Part shown: one piece after another, positions 33,851 to 42,566 of the stretch
Numbering within the stretch: the first letter of the stretch is position 1
Layout: every line of letters begins with the position of its first letter
Notes under the pieces: generated by a model
Seen by the model: only the letters and a program-made list of their open reading frames with translations
What the model was told of the DNA's origin: nothing
The model's database searches: none
Program-made: the position numbers and the translations under genes
Assembly (NCBI GenBank): GCA_017614505.1
Contig: JAGABT010000001.1
Coordinates: 515-64,514, forward strand
Length of the DNA: 64,000 nucleotides
Reading direction: 5' to 3'
From: Selenomonadaceae bacterium
GTDB lineage: Bacteria; Bacillota; Negativicutes; Selenomonadales; Selenomonadaceae

Positions 33851-35647
33851 TTACTTGTAGCTGCGCAGACGCGGCTTAATCAGCGAATGGTCGAAGTCGC
33901 GGTACGAAACAATCGGCTCCTCGGTTTTCTGGTCGTAGTTCACGATTGTAACGCGCATAAATTTTTCGTCGTCGCGTCCCATGAACACAAGGTCGCCGTT
34001 TTCGTCCATTTTACGCGTGCCGTTTTCGAGAACAATCTTAGCGTGAGCGCCGCGCGATTCGTCACGCATTCTGGCGCCCTTCGTAATCGCCATTGCGTAG
34101 AGAATCATGTTGCGGAGCTGGCGCACGAACATCGCTTCCTGATTCGCAACGGTCGAATGGTCAGTGATACCAATATCGTCCCAGCGCTTGAGAAGTTTCT
34201 TCAGCTCGACGAGGCAGGCGTCCAGACCGTTGTTATCGCGCTCAATCGCAACGTATTTGTACATCAGGTCGCCCATTTCGTGATGAAGTTTATGCGCGTT
34301 CTCGCTGCCGTTCATCGTCAGAATTTTATCGTACTCGTTCTGAACTTCGCGGCGCGCGGCTTCAATTTCCTCCGCCGTCAAATCCGAACCCTTGTTGCCG
34401 GTCTTAGCCCACTTCATGGCTTCGGGACCAGAAACCGTGCCGCTGTATGCCGCGCTGAGCAGAGAGTTCGCGCCCAGACGATTCGCGCCGTGGTACTGAT
34501 AATCGCACTCGCCGCTAGCCATTAAGCCAGGAATATTCGTGTTGTGCACGCGGTCAACCCAAATCCCGCCCATAGAATAATGGACGCTGGGGAAAATTTC
34601 CATTGGAACCTTGCGCGGATCCTGCCCGACGAACTCGCTGTACATTTCCAGAATACCGCCGAGCTTGCGTTCAAGATAACCGCTGTCAATGTGCGACAGG
34701 TCGAGGTAAACGCGGTTCTCGCCGTTAATTCCTAAGCCCATGTGCACGCAGACTTTGAAAATCGCGCGGCTGGCAACGTCACGCGGCACCAGATTTCCGT
34801 AAGCGGGGTACATTTCTTCGAGGAAGTACCACGGCTTACCGTCTTTGTAAACCCAGACGCGCCCGCCTTCGCCGCGGCACGCTTCCGACATCAGCCGGTT
34901 TTTATCACTGCCTGGAATTGCCGTCGGGTGAATCTGAATAAATTCGGGATTGGCAATTTCCGCGCCCTGCTGATAAACCGCGCTCACCGCCGAGCCGTTG
35001 CAAATCGTCGACGCGGTACAGCGCCCGAAAACCTGCCCAGGTCCGCCGGTAGCAAGAATAACGGTATCCGCGAGGAACGCGCGAATTTCCATTGTGTTCA
35101 TGCTCTGCGCGATAAGCCCGCGGCAAATGCCTTCCTTGTTTTTGATAATCTTGATAAATTCCCAGAACTCGTACTTGTGGACGCTGCCTTTGACTTCCCA
35201 GCGGCGAACCTGCTCGTCCAGCGCGTAAAGAATCTGCTGCCCAGTCGTTGAACCGGCAAAGCAGGTACGCTTATGTTTCTGCCCGCCGAAATTTCTAAGG
35301 TCAAGCACGCCTTCAGCCGTCCGCGTGAAAGGCACGCCCATGCGGTCGAACATCTTAATCAGCTTAGGCGCGGCTTCAACCATGCCCTTGACGGCGATTT
35401 GGTCAGCCAGAAAGTCGCCGCCGTAAACCGTGTCGTCGAAATGCTCGTAAATGCTGTCGTGTTCGCCCTTGGTATCCATACAGGCGTTGATGCCGCCCTG
35501 CGCGCAGAGCGAATGCGAACGCTTAACAGGGCAGTACGAAAATAAATCGACTTCGCCGCCCAGTTCGCAAACCTTAATCGTGGCGAGAAGTCCCGAAATT
35601 CCGCCGCCGACGATTGCAATTTTCTTTTTGCTCATATCTTTAGCCAT
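33851..35647 (-). CDS. sdhA: Succinate dehydrogenase / fumarate reductase flavoprotein subunit.
   Basis: IVGGGISGL FAD motif, HPTA, HYSMGG, and ESRGAHAK near the C-terminus. Confidence 0.9.
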   Translation of the reverse strand: MAKDMSKKKIAIVGGGISGLLATIKVCELGGEVDLFSYCPVKRSHSLCAQGGINACMDTKGEHDSIYEHFDDTVYGGDFLADQIAVKGMVEAAPKLIKMFDRMGVPFTRTAEGVLDLRNFGGQKHKRTCFAGSTTGQQILYALDEQVRRWEVKGSVHKYEFWEFIKIIKNKEGICRGLIAQSMNTMEIRAFLADTVILATGGPGQVFGRCTASTICNGSAVSAVYQQGAEIANPEFIQIHPTAIPGSDKNRLMSEACRGEGGRVWVYKDGKPWYFLEEMYPAYGNLVPRDVASRAIFKVCVHMGLGINGENRVYLDLSHIDSGYLERKLGGILEMYSEFVGQDPRKVPMEIFPSVHYSMGGIWVDRVHNTNIPGLMASGECDYQYHGANRLGANSLLSAAYSGTVSGPEAMKWAKTGNKGSDLTAEEIEAARREVQNEYDKILTMNGSENAHKLHHEMGDLMYKYVAIERDNNGLDACLVELKKLLKRWDDIGITDHSTVANQEAMFVRQLRNMILYAMAITKGARMRDESRGAHAKIVLENGTRKMDENGDLVFMGRDDEKFMRVTIVNYDQKTEEPIVSYRDFDHSLIKPRLRSYK

Positions 35648-35659
35648 TTCAGTCCCACC

Positions 35660-36280
35660 TCAATAAACGTAGTAGCTCGCCATGAATGCGATTGTGATAA
35701 GGCACAGCCCCGCGCAGAGGAGCATGCTGATAACGCTGATAGCGTTCTGCGCGCGCGGTCCTTTGGTAATGCCCCAGGTCATGCAGAAAGTGGTAATGCC
35801 GTTGCAGAAATGGAAAATCGCCGCCCACATGCCGAGAATGTACAGCACGACGACAACGGGATTCTGGAAGAAATTCTGGAGCAGTTCAAAGGAAATTGGC
35901 GTGCCGGTAACGCCCTTGATGTAGAAGCGGAGATAGCCGACGTGCCAGATAAGAAATACGACGAGGAACCACGCCGTCCAGCGCTGCAGTGTAAAATTCC
36001 AGTTGCGAAGGTAACCGAAGCGGCGCGGATTGTTATTCGCCTGCAACGCAATGTAGATACCATAAATGCCGTGGAATAAAAGCGGAATTGCGATACCGCC
36101 GAGCTCAAGTCCGAGGAAAATCGGTTTCGGAATGAGCTCCATCATTTCCAGCGCCGTGTTCAAGCCTTGCGGTCCGAGCATTGCCATTGAGTTTGTGAAG
36201 ATATGCTCAAAAAGCACAAGCCCCAAAACGAGCAAGCCGCAAAGCGAATGCAGGCGCCGCAGATAAAAAGTAGTATGCAT
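35660..36280 (-). CDS. sdhC: Succinate dehydrogenase / fumarate reductase cytochrome b membrane subunit.
   Basis: 206-aa polytopic membrane protein with conserved His residues, located directly upstream of sdhA. Confidence 0.72.
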   Translation of the reverse strand: MHTTFYLRRLHSLCGLLVLGLVLFEHIFTNSMAMLGPQGLNTALEMMELIPKPIFLGLELGGIAIPLLFHGIYGIYIALQANNNPRRFGYLRNWNFTLQRWTAWFLVVFLIWHVGYLRFYIKGVTGTPISFELLQNFFQNPVVVVLYILGMWAAIFHFCNGITTFCMTWGITKGPRAQNAISVISMLLCAGLCLITIAFMASYYVY

Positions 36281-36347
36281 TTTGCCCTCCTTGATTAGCG
36301 GCTCAGGGATTGGACGGCGAAAAAATCTGCCGCCCGCTCCCCGTCGC

Positions 36348-36920
36348 CTAAATTTGACTCATGTCGAAAGTGCGGAAAGGTTTCTGCCCGATTTCGTAAA
36401 AATTATTGCCCTCGCAGTCGATAACGACAATCGCCGGAAAATCTACGACTTCGAGTGCGGCAACAGCTTCGGGACCGAGTTCAGGATAAGCCAGCACGGT
36501 GTAGCTCTTGACAGACTTAGCGATAAGAGCCGCCGCTCCGCCGACAGCCGCGAAATAAGTTGCGCCGTTTTTCTTCATAGCCTCAACAACTTCTGGCGCG
36601 CGGGAGCCTTTGCCAACCATACCTTTAATACCCTGTTCAAGCATCGTGGGCGTGTAGGCGTCCATTCTGCCGGAGGTCGTGGGACCGCACGAGCCAATCG
36701 GGTCGCCAGGCTTGGCGGGCGTAGGACCGAGGTAGTAGACGATTTGATTATTCCAGTCGACGGGCAGTTTTTCGCCGCGAGCCAGCGCCTCAGTCATAGC
36801 TTTGTGAGCGGCGTCGCGGGCGCTGATAATCGTGCCGGTAATGAGAACGCTGTCGCCGGCTTTGAGTTTGCGCGACATTTCCTCGGTGAAGGGCGTCGTA
36901 ATTCTGATACTTTCAGCCAT
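36348..36920 (-). CDS. Fe-S type (class I) fumarate hydratase, beta subunit.
   Basis: GTIISARDAAHK and GPTTSGRMD motifs. It is paired with the alpha subunit upstream. Confidence 0.85.
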   Translation of the reverse strand: MAESIRITTPFTEEMSRKLKAGDSVLITGTIISARDAAHKAMTEALARGEKLPVDWNNQIVYYLGPTPAKPGDPIGSCGPTTSGRMDAYTPTMLEQGIKGMVGKGSRAPEVVEAMKKNGATYFAAVGGAAALIAKSVKSYTVLAYPELGPEAVAALEVVDFPAIVVIDCEGNNFYEIGQKPFRTFDMSQI

Positions 36921-36935
36921 TCGGATTTCTCCTCC

Positions 36936-37778
36936 TTACAAAATTCTGTGCGAATGACGCATAGCGTGACAGCAAATCGTAACGGCGACGGGCAGACCGG
37001 CAATGTGCGTGGGACCCCATTCGACGTTGACAGCCAGCGCCGAAGTCGTGCCGCCGAGCTGCGGACCAATTCCCGTGGAGTTGATGAGTTCGAGCAGTTC
37101 CTCTTCAAGTTTGGCGTATTCGGGCATTGGATTTCTTTCGTCAATCGAACGCGTCAGCGCTTTTTTGGAAAGCAGAGCCGCCCTGTCCATGGTGCCGCCG
37201 ATACCGACGCCGACAACCATTGGCGGGCAGGGATTCATGCTGGCGTGAAGGATAATTTCCATGACGGCTTTTTTGACGCCGCGCACGCCGTCCGCAGGTA
37301 CGAGCATTTTGACGCCGGATTTATTTTCCGAGCCAAAACCTTTCGGCGCGATTGTAATTTCCAGCTTGTCGCCTGGAACAATTTCCGTGTAAATGACGCC
37401 TGGCGTGTTGTTTTTGGTGTTGACGCGGTTGAAGAGCGGCTCGGCTACGACGGATTTGCGAAGATAACCCTCGGTGTAGCCTTTGGCGATACCGGCGTTA
37501 ATGGCCTCGGTGAAGTCGCCGCCGGTAATGTGCAAATCCTGCCCCAGCTTGACGAAAACAATCGTCATGCCGGTATCCTGACAGTACGGACGGTCTTCAG
37601 CTTTGGCAATCTCAGCGTTGCGGATAATCTGGTCGAGGACGATTTTGCCGACTTCGGACTTTTCAGTTTCGCGCCCGCGCTTGAGCCCGTTGTAAACATC
37701 TTCGGGCAGATAGTACGCCGCCTCCTTGCACATTTCAGCGACGTTTTCGGTGATAACTTTTGCGTCCAGCTCTCTCAA
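36936..37778 (-). CDS. Fe-S type (class I) fumarate hydratase, alpha subunit.
   Basis: PYCQDTGM and GVGIGGT motifs, 280 aa. Confidence 0.85.
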   Translation of the reverse strand: MRELDAKVITENVAEMCKEAAYYLPEDVYNGLKRGRETEKSEVGKIVLDQIIRNAEIAKAEDRPYCQDTGMTIVFVKLGQDLHITGGDFTEAINAGIAKGYTEGYLRKSVVAEPLFNRVNTKNNTPGVIYTEIVPGDKLEITIAPKGFGSENKSGVKMLVPADGVRGVKKAVMEIILHASMNPCPPMVVGVGIGGTMDRAALLSKKALTRSIDERNPMPEYAKLEEELLELINSTGIGPQLGGTTSALAVNVEWGPTHIAGLPVAVTICCHAMRHSHRIL

Positions 37779-37853
37779 GGTAATCCCTCCTAAAATATTT
37801 TTGATACTACTTGCTGTTAATTTGCCGCGCCGGTTAAAAATCCTGCCGCCGCG

Positions 37854-38279
37854 CTAAATTTTTACAGAATCGAGCAAAGCCTTACAGCCGCGCAGAATAT
37901 CCTCGTAGGTCTTGACGAAACCGTTTTTGTCCCACGGAATGTCAGTATCGAGCAGCAGGCGGATTTTTTTATCGGGGTCGCCGCCGCAAATTTCCGCAAC
38001 CTGCGCGATGTTGCCAGCGTCCATGCAAATAATCTTGTCGAAGTTTGAATAATCCGCCGCCGTGATTTGACGGGCGGTGTGCTCGCCGTAAGGAATATTT
38101 TCTTCGCGAAGTTTGGCGGCAATACCTTCGTGCAGAGCGCCGCCGCTGGTTGGTTTCGACGCGGCAGATTCAATCGTGAAATTCCCAGCCAGACCGACAT
38201 CGCTGGCGAGCTTTTTCATGACGAACATTGCCATTGGCGAACGCCCCGTGTTCCCGCTGCAAACAAATAAAATTTTCAT
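37854..38279 (-). CDS. Low-molecular-weight protein-tyrosine phosphatase family protein.
   Basis: MKILFVCSGNTGRSPMA (CX5R(S) P-loop). ATG 38279 lies behind the GGAGGTG SD; the track start at 38369 was rejected. Confidence 0.8.
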   Translation of the reverse strand: MKILFVCSGNTGRSPMAMFVMKKLASDVGLAGNFTIESAASKPTSGGALHEGIAAKLREENIPYGEHTARQITAADYSNFDKIICMDAGNIAQVAEICGGDPDKKIRLLLDTDIPWDKNGFVKTYEDILRGCKALLDSVKI

Positions 38280-38359
38280 GTCAATCACCTCCGCCGCCAT
38301 TATACTGCTAATTGAAAATTTTATCCATAGTGGTATAATTGCCGCCGAGGTGGTTTTCA

Positions 38360-39775
38360 ATGGTAACATTTTTAATTGCGCTTTTCGCGCTGATTGCAGG
38401 ATTTTTCATCTACAGTAAAATTGTCGACAATTTCTTCAAGCCGACGGACAAACCGACGCCGGCGATAACGAAAAAAGACGGCGTGGACTTTGTGCCGCTG
38501 CCGACGTGGAAAGTTTTCATGATACAGCTTTTGAACATTGCGGGACTCGGACCGATATTCGGCGCGCTGGGCGGAGCGATTTGGGGACCGACCGTCTACA
38601 TTTGGATTGTACTGGGAACGATTTTCGCGGGCGGCGTCCACGATTATTTATCTGGAATGATAAGCATGCGCGAAGGCGGAAAGTCCATGTCGGAAATCGT
38701 CGGGAAATATCTTGGCGGCGCGGCTTTAACGGTCATGCGAATTTTTCTGACGGGGCTGATGGTTTTAGTCGGCACAGTGTTCACCGTAGGACCGGCGGGC
38801 TTGCTGCAGATGATGACGGGAATGCCGCTGACGACATTAATAGTGATGATTCTGGCGTATTATTTTCTGGCGACGCTGCTGCCGATTGACAAAATAATTG
38901 GGCGGCTGTACCCGATTTTTGGAATTTGCTTTATCTTCATGGCGCTGGGAATAATGTTCGGAATGTTATCTGACGGCTCGGCGATGCCGGAAATGCAGCT
39001 GGCGAATCTGCACCCGAAAGAATTGCCAATCTGGCCTTTGATGTTCGTAACGGTAGCGTGCGGCGCGGTGAGCGGCTTCCATTCAACGCAGTCGCCGATA
39101 ATGGCACGCTGCGTCACGAATGAACATTTGGCGCGCCCGATATTCTACGGCGCAATGGTTGCTGAAGGAATTATCGCGCTGATTTGGGCGGCGGCTGGAA
39201 TAACATTTTTCCACGGCACGGCTGGCTTGAACGAGGTGCTTTCGGCGAATGGTCCAGGCGCGGTTGTCTACAAAATTTGCGAAGGATTCATGGGCAGTGG
39301 ACTTGGAATGGTGCTGGCGATGATTGGCGTAATTGCCTGCCCGATAACTTCCGGCGATACGTCGCTGAGAAGTGCAAGATTAATTCTGTCCGACTGGTTT
39401 AACCTCGCGCAGGACAAACTGCCGAAGCGTCTGGTTTTGTCGGTGCCGATAATAATTTGCGCGGGCTTGATAACGCAGTTTGATTACAGCACGGTCTGGC
39501 GGTATTTCGCGTGGTCGAATCAGACGGTTGCGACGATAGTTTTGTGGACGGGCGCAGTTTACATGAGTCAGAAAATGCAGGGCAAAGCGTTTCTGGTGGC
39601 GCTGGTACCGGCGATTTTCATGACGGCGGTAACGATGACATACATTCTGGTAGCGCCGGAAGGGTTCCAGCTGCACTCGGCTTTCTGTACCATAGCGGGA
39701 ATTGTAATAGCGGCGCTGTTTACGGCGCGGTTTAGGCAGACGCAAAACATTTCGACGAGACCACGACTGGCTTAA
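38360..39775 (+). CDS. cstA: Carbon starvation protein CstA family transporter.
   Basis: Polytopic membrane protein with GLGPIFGALGGA and GFHSTQSP motifs. SD GAGGTGG lies before ATG 38360. Confidence 0.82.
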   Translation: MVTFLIALFALIAGFFIYSKIVDNFFKPTDKPTPAITKKDGVDFVPLPTWKVFMIQLLNIAGLGPIFGALGGAIWGPTVYIWIVLGTIFAGGVHDYLSGMISMREGGKSMSEIVGKYLGGAALTVMRIFLTGLMVLVGTVFTVGPAGLLQMMTGMPLTTLIVMILAYYFLATLLPIDKIIGRLYPIFGICFIFMALGIMFGMLSDGSAMPEMQLANLHPKELPIWPLMFVTVACGAVSGFHSTQSPIMARCVTNEHLARPIFYGAMVAEGIIALIWAAAGITFFHGTAGLNEVLSANGPGAVVYKICEGFMGSGLGMVLAMIGVIACPITSGDTSLRSARLILSDWFNLAQDKLPKRLVLSVPIIICAGLITQFDYSTVWRYFAWSNQTVATIVLWTGAVYMSQKMQGKAFLVALVPAIFMTAVTMTYILVAPEGFQLHSAFCTIAGIVIAALFTARFRQTQNISTRPRLA

Positions 39776-39795
39776 ATTAAAATGAACTGTAGAAA

Positions 39796-39970
39796 AAGAG
39801 GCCTCCCATGGACGCACGCGCTTAAGAAGCGCCACATTAAGAAGCGCCACATGGACGCACGCGCTTAAGAAGCGCGCCATGGACGGCGCGCGGGCCGTCA
39901 CAGGTCGCCGGAAGCGACCTATGCGGCCCCCTTTCTTTGCCAGCGTTTCTTTCGAGAAAGAAATGCTGAA
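39796..39970. repeat. Mosaic intergenic hairpin element, copy 3 (the most complete, with an internal duplication).
   Basis: catgga-containing hairpins begin at 39807, 39850 and 39878. 39844-39878 is identical to 52268-52302. 39893-39928 is the reverse complement of 9701-9736. Palindrome tttctttcgagaaagaaa lies at 39946-39963, followed by tgctgaa. Confidence 0.88.
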
Positions 39971-39990
39971 TTAATTTTTTGGAGACGACC

Positions 39991-40632
39991 ATGGAAATTA
40001 AAGTCATGAAAAACATACTCGGCGAAAATGACAAAATCGCTGAGGAAAACCGCGCGATGTTCCGCGAAAAAAATGTAACCGTCGTGAACTTGATGGGTTC
40101 GCCAGGCAGCGGCAAAACCACTCTGCTTGAGAAGACGCTGGAAAAAATTTCCGGCAGAATCAGCGCGGCGGTTATCGAGGGCGACTTGTTCACGGCGCGC
40201 GACGCCGAAAGGATTGAACGGCTGGGCGTACCCGTAGTTCAGATTAACACGGCGGGCGGCTGTCACCTCGACGCGGCTATGGTTAAGCGCGCGGCTGAAA
40301 GTTTGGAGCTGGAAAAAATCCAGCTGCTGATTGTTGAGAACGTCGGGAATTTGGTCTGCCCCGCCGAATTTGACGTGGGCGAAAATTTCAAGGCGACGGT
40401 ACTTTCGATAACCGAGGGCGACGATAAGCCGCTGAAGTATCCGCTGATTTTCAAAGAATCCGCCGTGGTACTGCTGAACAAAATCGACCTGCTGCCGTAC
40501 ACGAATTTTGATTTAGCGGCGGCGCGCGAAGATTTGTCAACGATTCACCCGAACGTTGAGATTATCGAAACTTCCTGCACGACCGGCGCCGGACTTGACG
40601 CATGGGCGGACTGGCTTGCTGGGGTGATTTAA
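39991..40632 (+). CDS. hypB: Hydrogenase nickel-incorporation GTPase HypB.
   Basis: GSPGSGKTTLL P-loop, ENVGNLVCP and LNKIDL motifs. ATG 39991 follows a GGAG SD. Confidence 0.9.
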   Translation: MEIKVMKNILGENDKIAEENRAMFREKNVTVVNLMGSPGSGKTTLLEKTLEKISGRISAAVIEGDLFTARDAERIERLGVPVVQINTAGGCHLDAAMVKRAAESLELEKIQLLIVENVGNLVCPAEFDVGENFKATVLSITEGDDKPLKYPLIFKESAVVLLNKIDLLPYTNFDLAAAREDLSTIHPNVEIIETSCTTGAGLDAWADWLAGVI

Positions 40633-41112
40633 ATGGAAAGTTTGTACGTGGCGGAAATTACCGTGCTGGGAATTGGCAACACGATTCTCAGTGACGAAGG
40701 TTTTGGCGTGAAGGTTGTGGAGTACCTGCGCGAGAATTATAATTTTCCAGAAAATGTCGCGCTGATTGACGGCGGGACGCTCGGCGTGGAGCTGACGCAT
40801 TTTATCGTTGGCACGCAAAAACTTTTGATAATCGATTCGATAGACGGTGGCGCTGAACCAGGTACGACGTTTCACCTGCGCGATAACGAGCTTTTTAAAC
40901 ACTTCACGCAGAAAATTTCAGCGCACGAAATTGGCGTGCAGGATATTCTGACGACGCTGGAAATTACCGGCAAAAAAATACCCGTCGTCGAACTGATTGG
41001 CGCACAGCCTTTCAGCCTCGGAGCGGGAACGGAATTAACGCCGCCTATGCAAAAATTACTGCCGGTCTTCGCGGACAAGGCGCTGGAAATTTTAAAACGC
41101 TGGAATGGTTAA
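40633..41112 (+). CDS. Hydrogenase maturation endopeptidase (HyaD/HybD/HycI family).
   Basis: VLGIGNTILSDEGFG, IDGGT and SAHEIG motifs. Confidence 0.85.
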   Translation: MESLYVAEITVLGIGNTILSDEGFGVKVVEYLRENYNFPENVALIDGGTLGVELTHFIVGTQKLLIIDSIDGGAEPGTTFHLRDNELFKHFTQKISAHEIGVQDILTTLEITGKKIPVVELIGAQPFSLGAGTELTPPMQKLLPVFADKALEILKRWNG

Positions 41113-41531
41113 TTGGTCGACGGTATGACGCCGCTGGCGCAATTTACAATAACGTAATCGCCGGAAACGCCTACGTGAAAGTGAAACGCATTGTCGAGCA
41201 TTCTGATATTTCGCGACTGCGCCTTTTTGCTGGTAAAGTACCAGTTGCTGCCGTCCTGCCCGACCAATGTGTAAAGCGGACTCGAAGCGAACCTTCTGAC
41301 GTACTTCCCGACGTATTCGCTCGTTTTGCCGTCAAGCACCTCGTAAGTCCACTGCGTATACTTCATGCCGTTATGAGACTTTTCCTGCATGCCGTGAAAA
41401 TCGATGCGCTTTTTCATGCTGTTGCTTGTGATATCGTAAAAGCTGGGAATGTAGATAGCGGCAAAGACCTCAGTCACCGGAATAATCAGCGCGAGTGCCA
41501 GCAGTATCGGTAAAATTTTTCTCATCGTCAA
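41109..41531 (-). CDS. Secreted protein, paralog 3 of the RiPP-cluster triplet.
   Basis: Signal peptide MTMRKILPILLALALIIPVTEVFA. It shares the W/Y-x-YE ... YV ... Y-x-L-VGQ core with the two upstream paralogs. Confidence 0.6.
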   Translation of the reverse strand: MTMRKILPILLALALIIPVTEVFAAIYIPSFYDITSNSMKKRIDFHGMQEKSHNGMKYTQWTYEVLDGKTSEYVGKYVRRFASSPLYTLVGQDGSNWYFTSKKAQSRNIRMLDNAFHFHVGVSGDYVIVNCASGVIPSTN

Positions 41532-41541
41532 AGCCTCCTTT

Positions 41542-42090
41542 TTAATTTCCGCCCTCGTAGCGAATACCTTCAGCTACTTTTATGGTAAACGATGCGCGGT
41601 CTTCCAGGTAGTAGCGATTTTCACTTATTTTGACATGACCATAGTAATTATGCGGGCGATCCAGACTGGCGCGCGGGATATTTCTGGAGCCGGTATAATC
41701 GAAAATCCAGAGATAGCACTTAAGACCGGTGACACTTATGAAATCGTCGACACGGCTTTTCGTGAGCGTGAAGGGATAACCGCTGTTGTTCAGGAGCTGC
41801 ACGAAAGCTTCCGCAAAATCTTCGCTTTCAGCGACAGAAAGTGGACATTCGTAACTATAGAAAGTGCAGCCCCACCTGTCTTTTCCTGATTCGCGAAAGC
41901 GTACCTTATTGCCGGCAACGACGCGAAAGTCCGGCACGAACTCGCTTAATCCGGCAAGCTCTCTCGAAGTATCGTCGTCAATGTCTGGTATCCAGCTTCT
42001 CACGTCAGCCGACGATGAACCAGCTGCAAAACTTGCCGCCGGAAAAATTATCAGCGCCGCCAGCAGAATCGGTAAAAATTTTTTCATCAC
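41542..42090 (-). CDS. Secreted protein, paralog 2.
   Basis: Signal peptide MMKKFLPILLAALIIFPAASFA. Its coding sequence is nearly identical at the DNA level to that of paralog 1. Confidence 0.6.
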   Translation of the reverse strand: MMKKFLPILLAALIIFPAASFAAGSSSADVRSWIPDIDDDTSRELAGLSEFVPDFRVVAGNKVRFRESGKDRWGCTFYSYECPLSVAESEDFAEAFVQLLNNSGYPFTLTKSRVDDFISVTGLKCYLWIFDYTGSRNIPRASLDRPHNYYGHVKISENRYYLEDRASFTIKVAEGIRYEGGN

Positions 42091-42104
42091 TCAAACCTCC
42101 ATTC

Positions 42105-42566
42105 TCAGTCCATGGAAATTCCTCGCGCCAGTTTAATGTCGACGCTTTTATCGTGCGTGGTAATGCAAATATGCCAGCTTTTCGGTCTGGGCTTATTGTT
42201 CTCGCTAACAGTGACGCGGTATCGGATTGATTTTCCACTGGATTCCAGCCGGATACCGTCGTTGTCAGTCGAAGCGAGACGCCATTCGCAGTTGTTCTTC
42301 GATTTGGTCTGTCCGACTATTTCGTAGGGATATTCTGAAGTCAGCAGTTCTATGTACTTTTCCACATAATCGAGCAGCTCGTCGCCGGAACATTCATAAC
42401 TGTACTCGTCGTAAGAAGCCCTGGAACTGCGGCGGCTGCTCATGCCGGTAAATTCAATATCCTTGCCCATCCTGATAAAATTCGGTACCAGAATCGTTGC
42501 GGATTCTGCCGTTATCGCCGGAAAAATTATCAGCGCCGCCAGCAAAATTGGTAAAAATTTTTTCAC
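42105..42566 (-). CDS. Secreted protein, paralog 1.
   Basis: The GTG start overlaps the ABC transporter stop (GTGA at 42563-42566). Signal peptide MKKFLPILLAALIIFPAITA. Confidence 0.6.
   Translation of the reverse strand: MKKFLPILLAALIIFPAITAESATILVPNFIRMGKDIEFTGMSSRRSSRASYDEYSYECSGDELLDYVEKYIELLTSEYPYEIVGQTKSKNNCEWRLASTDNDGIRLESSGKSIRYRVTVSENNKPRPKSWHICITTHDKSVDIKLARGISMD

Noticed and set aside
36282-37793. 503-aa plus-strand ORF.
   Set aside because: It is antisense to the two fumarate hydratase subunit genes and has an Arg/Gly-rich composition.
39991-41112. hypB and a hydrogenase protease without hydrogenase structural genes.
   Set aside because: This is probably just the edge of a dispersed hyp/hyd regulon, and nothing in the sequence is anomalous.
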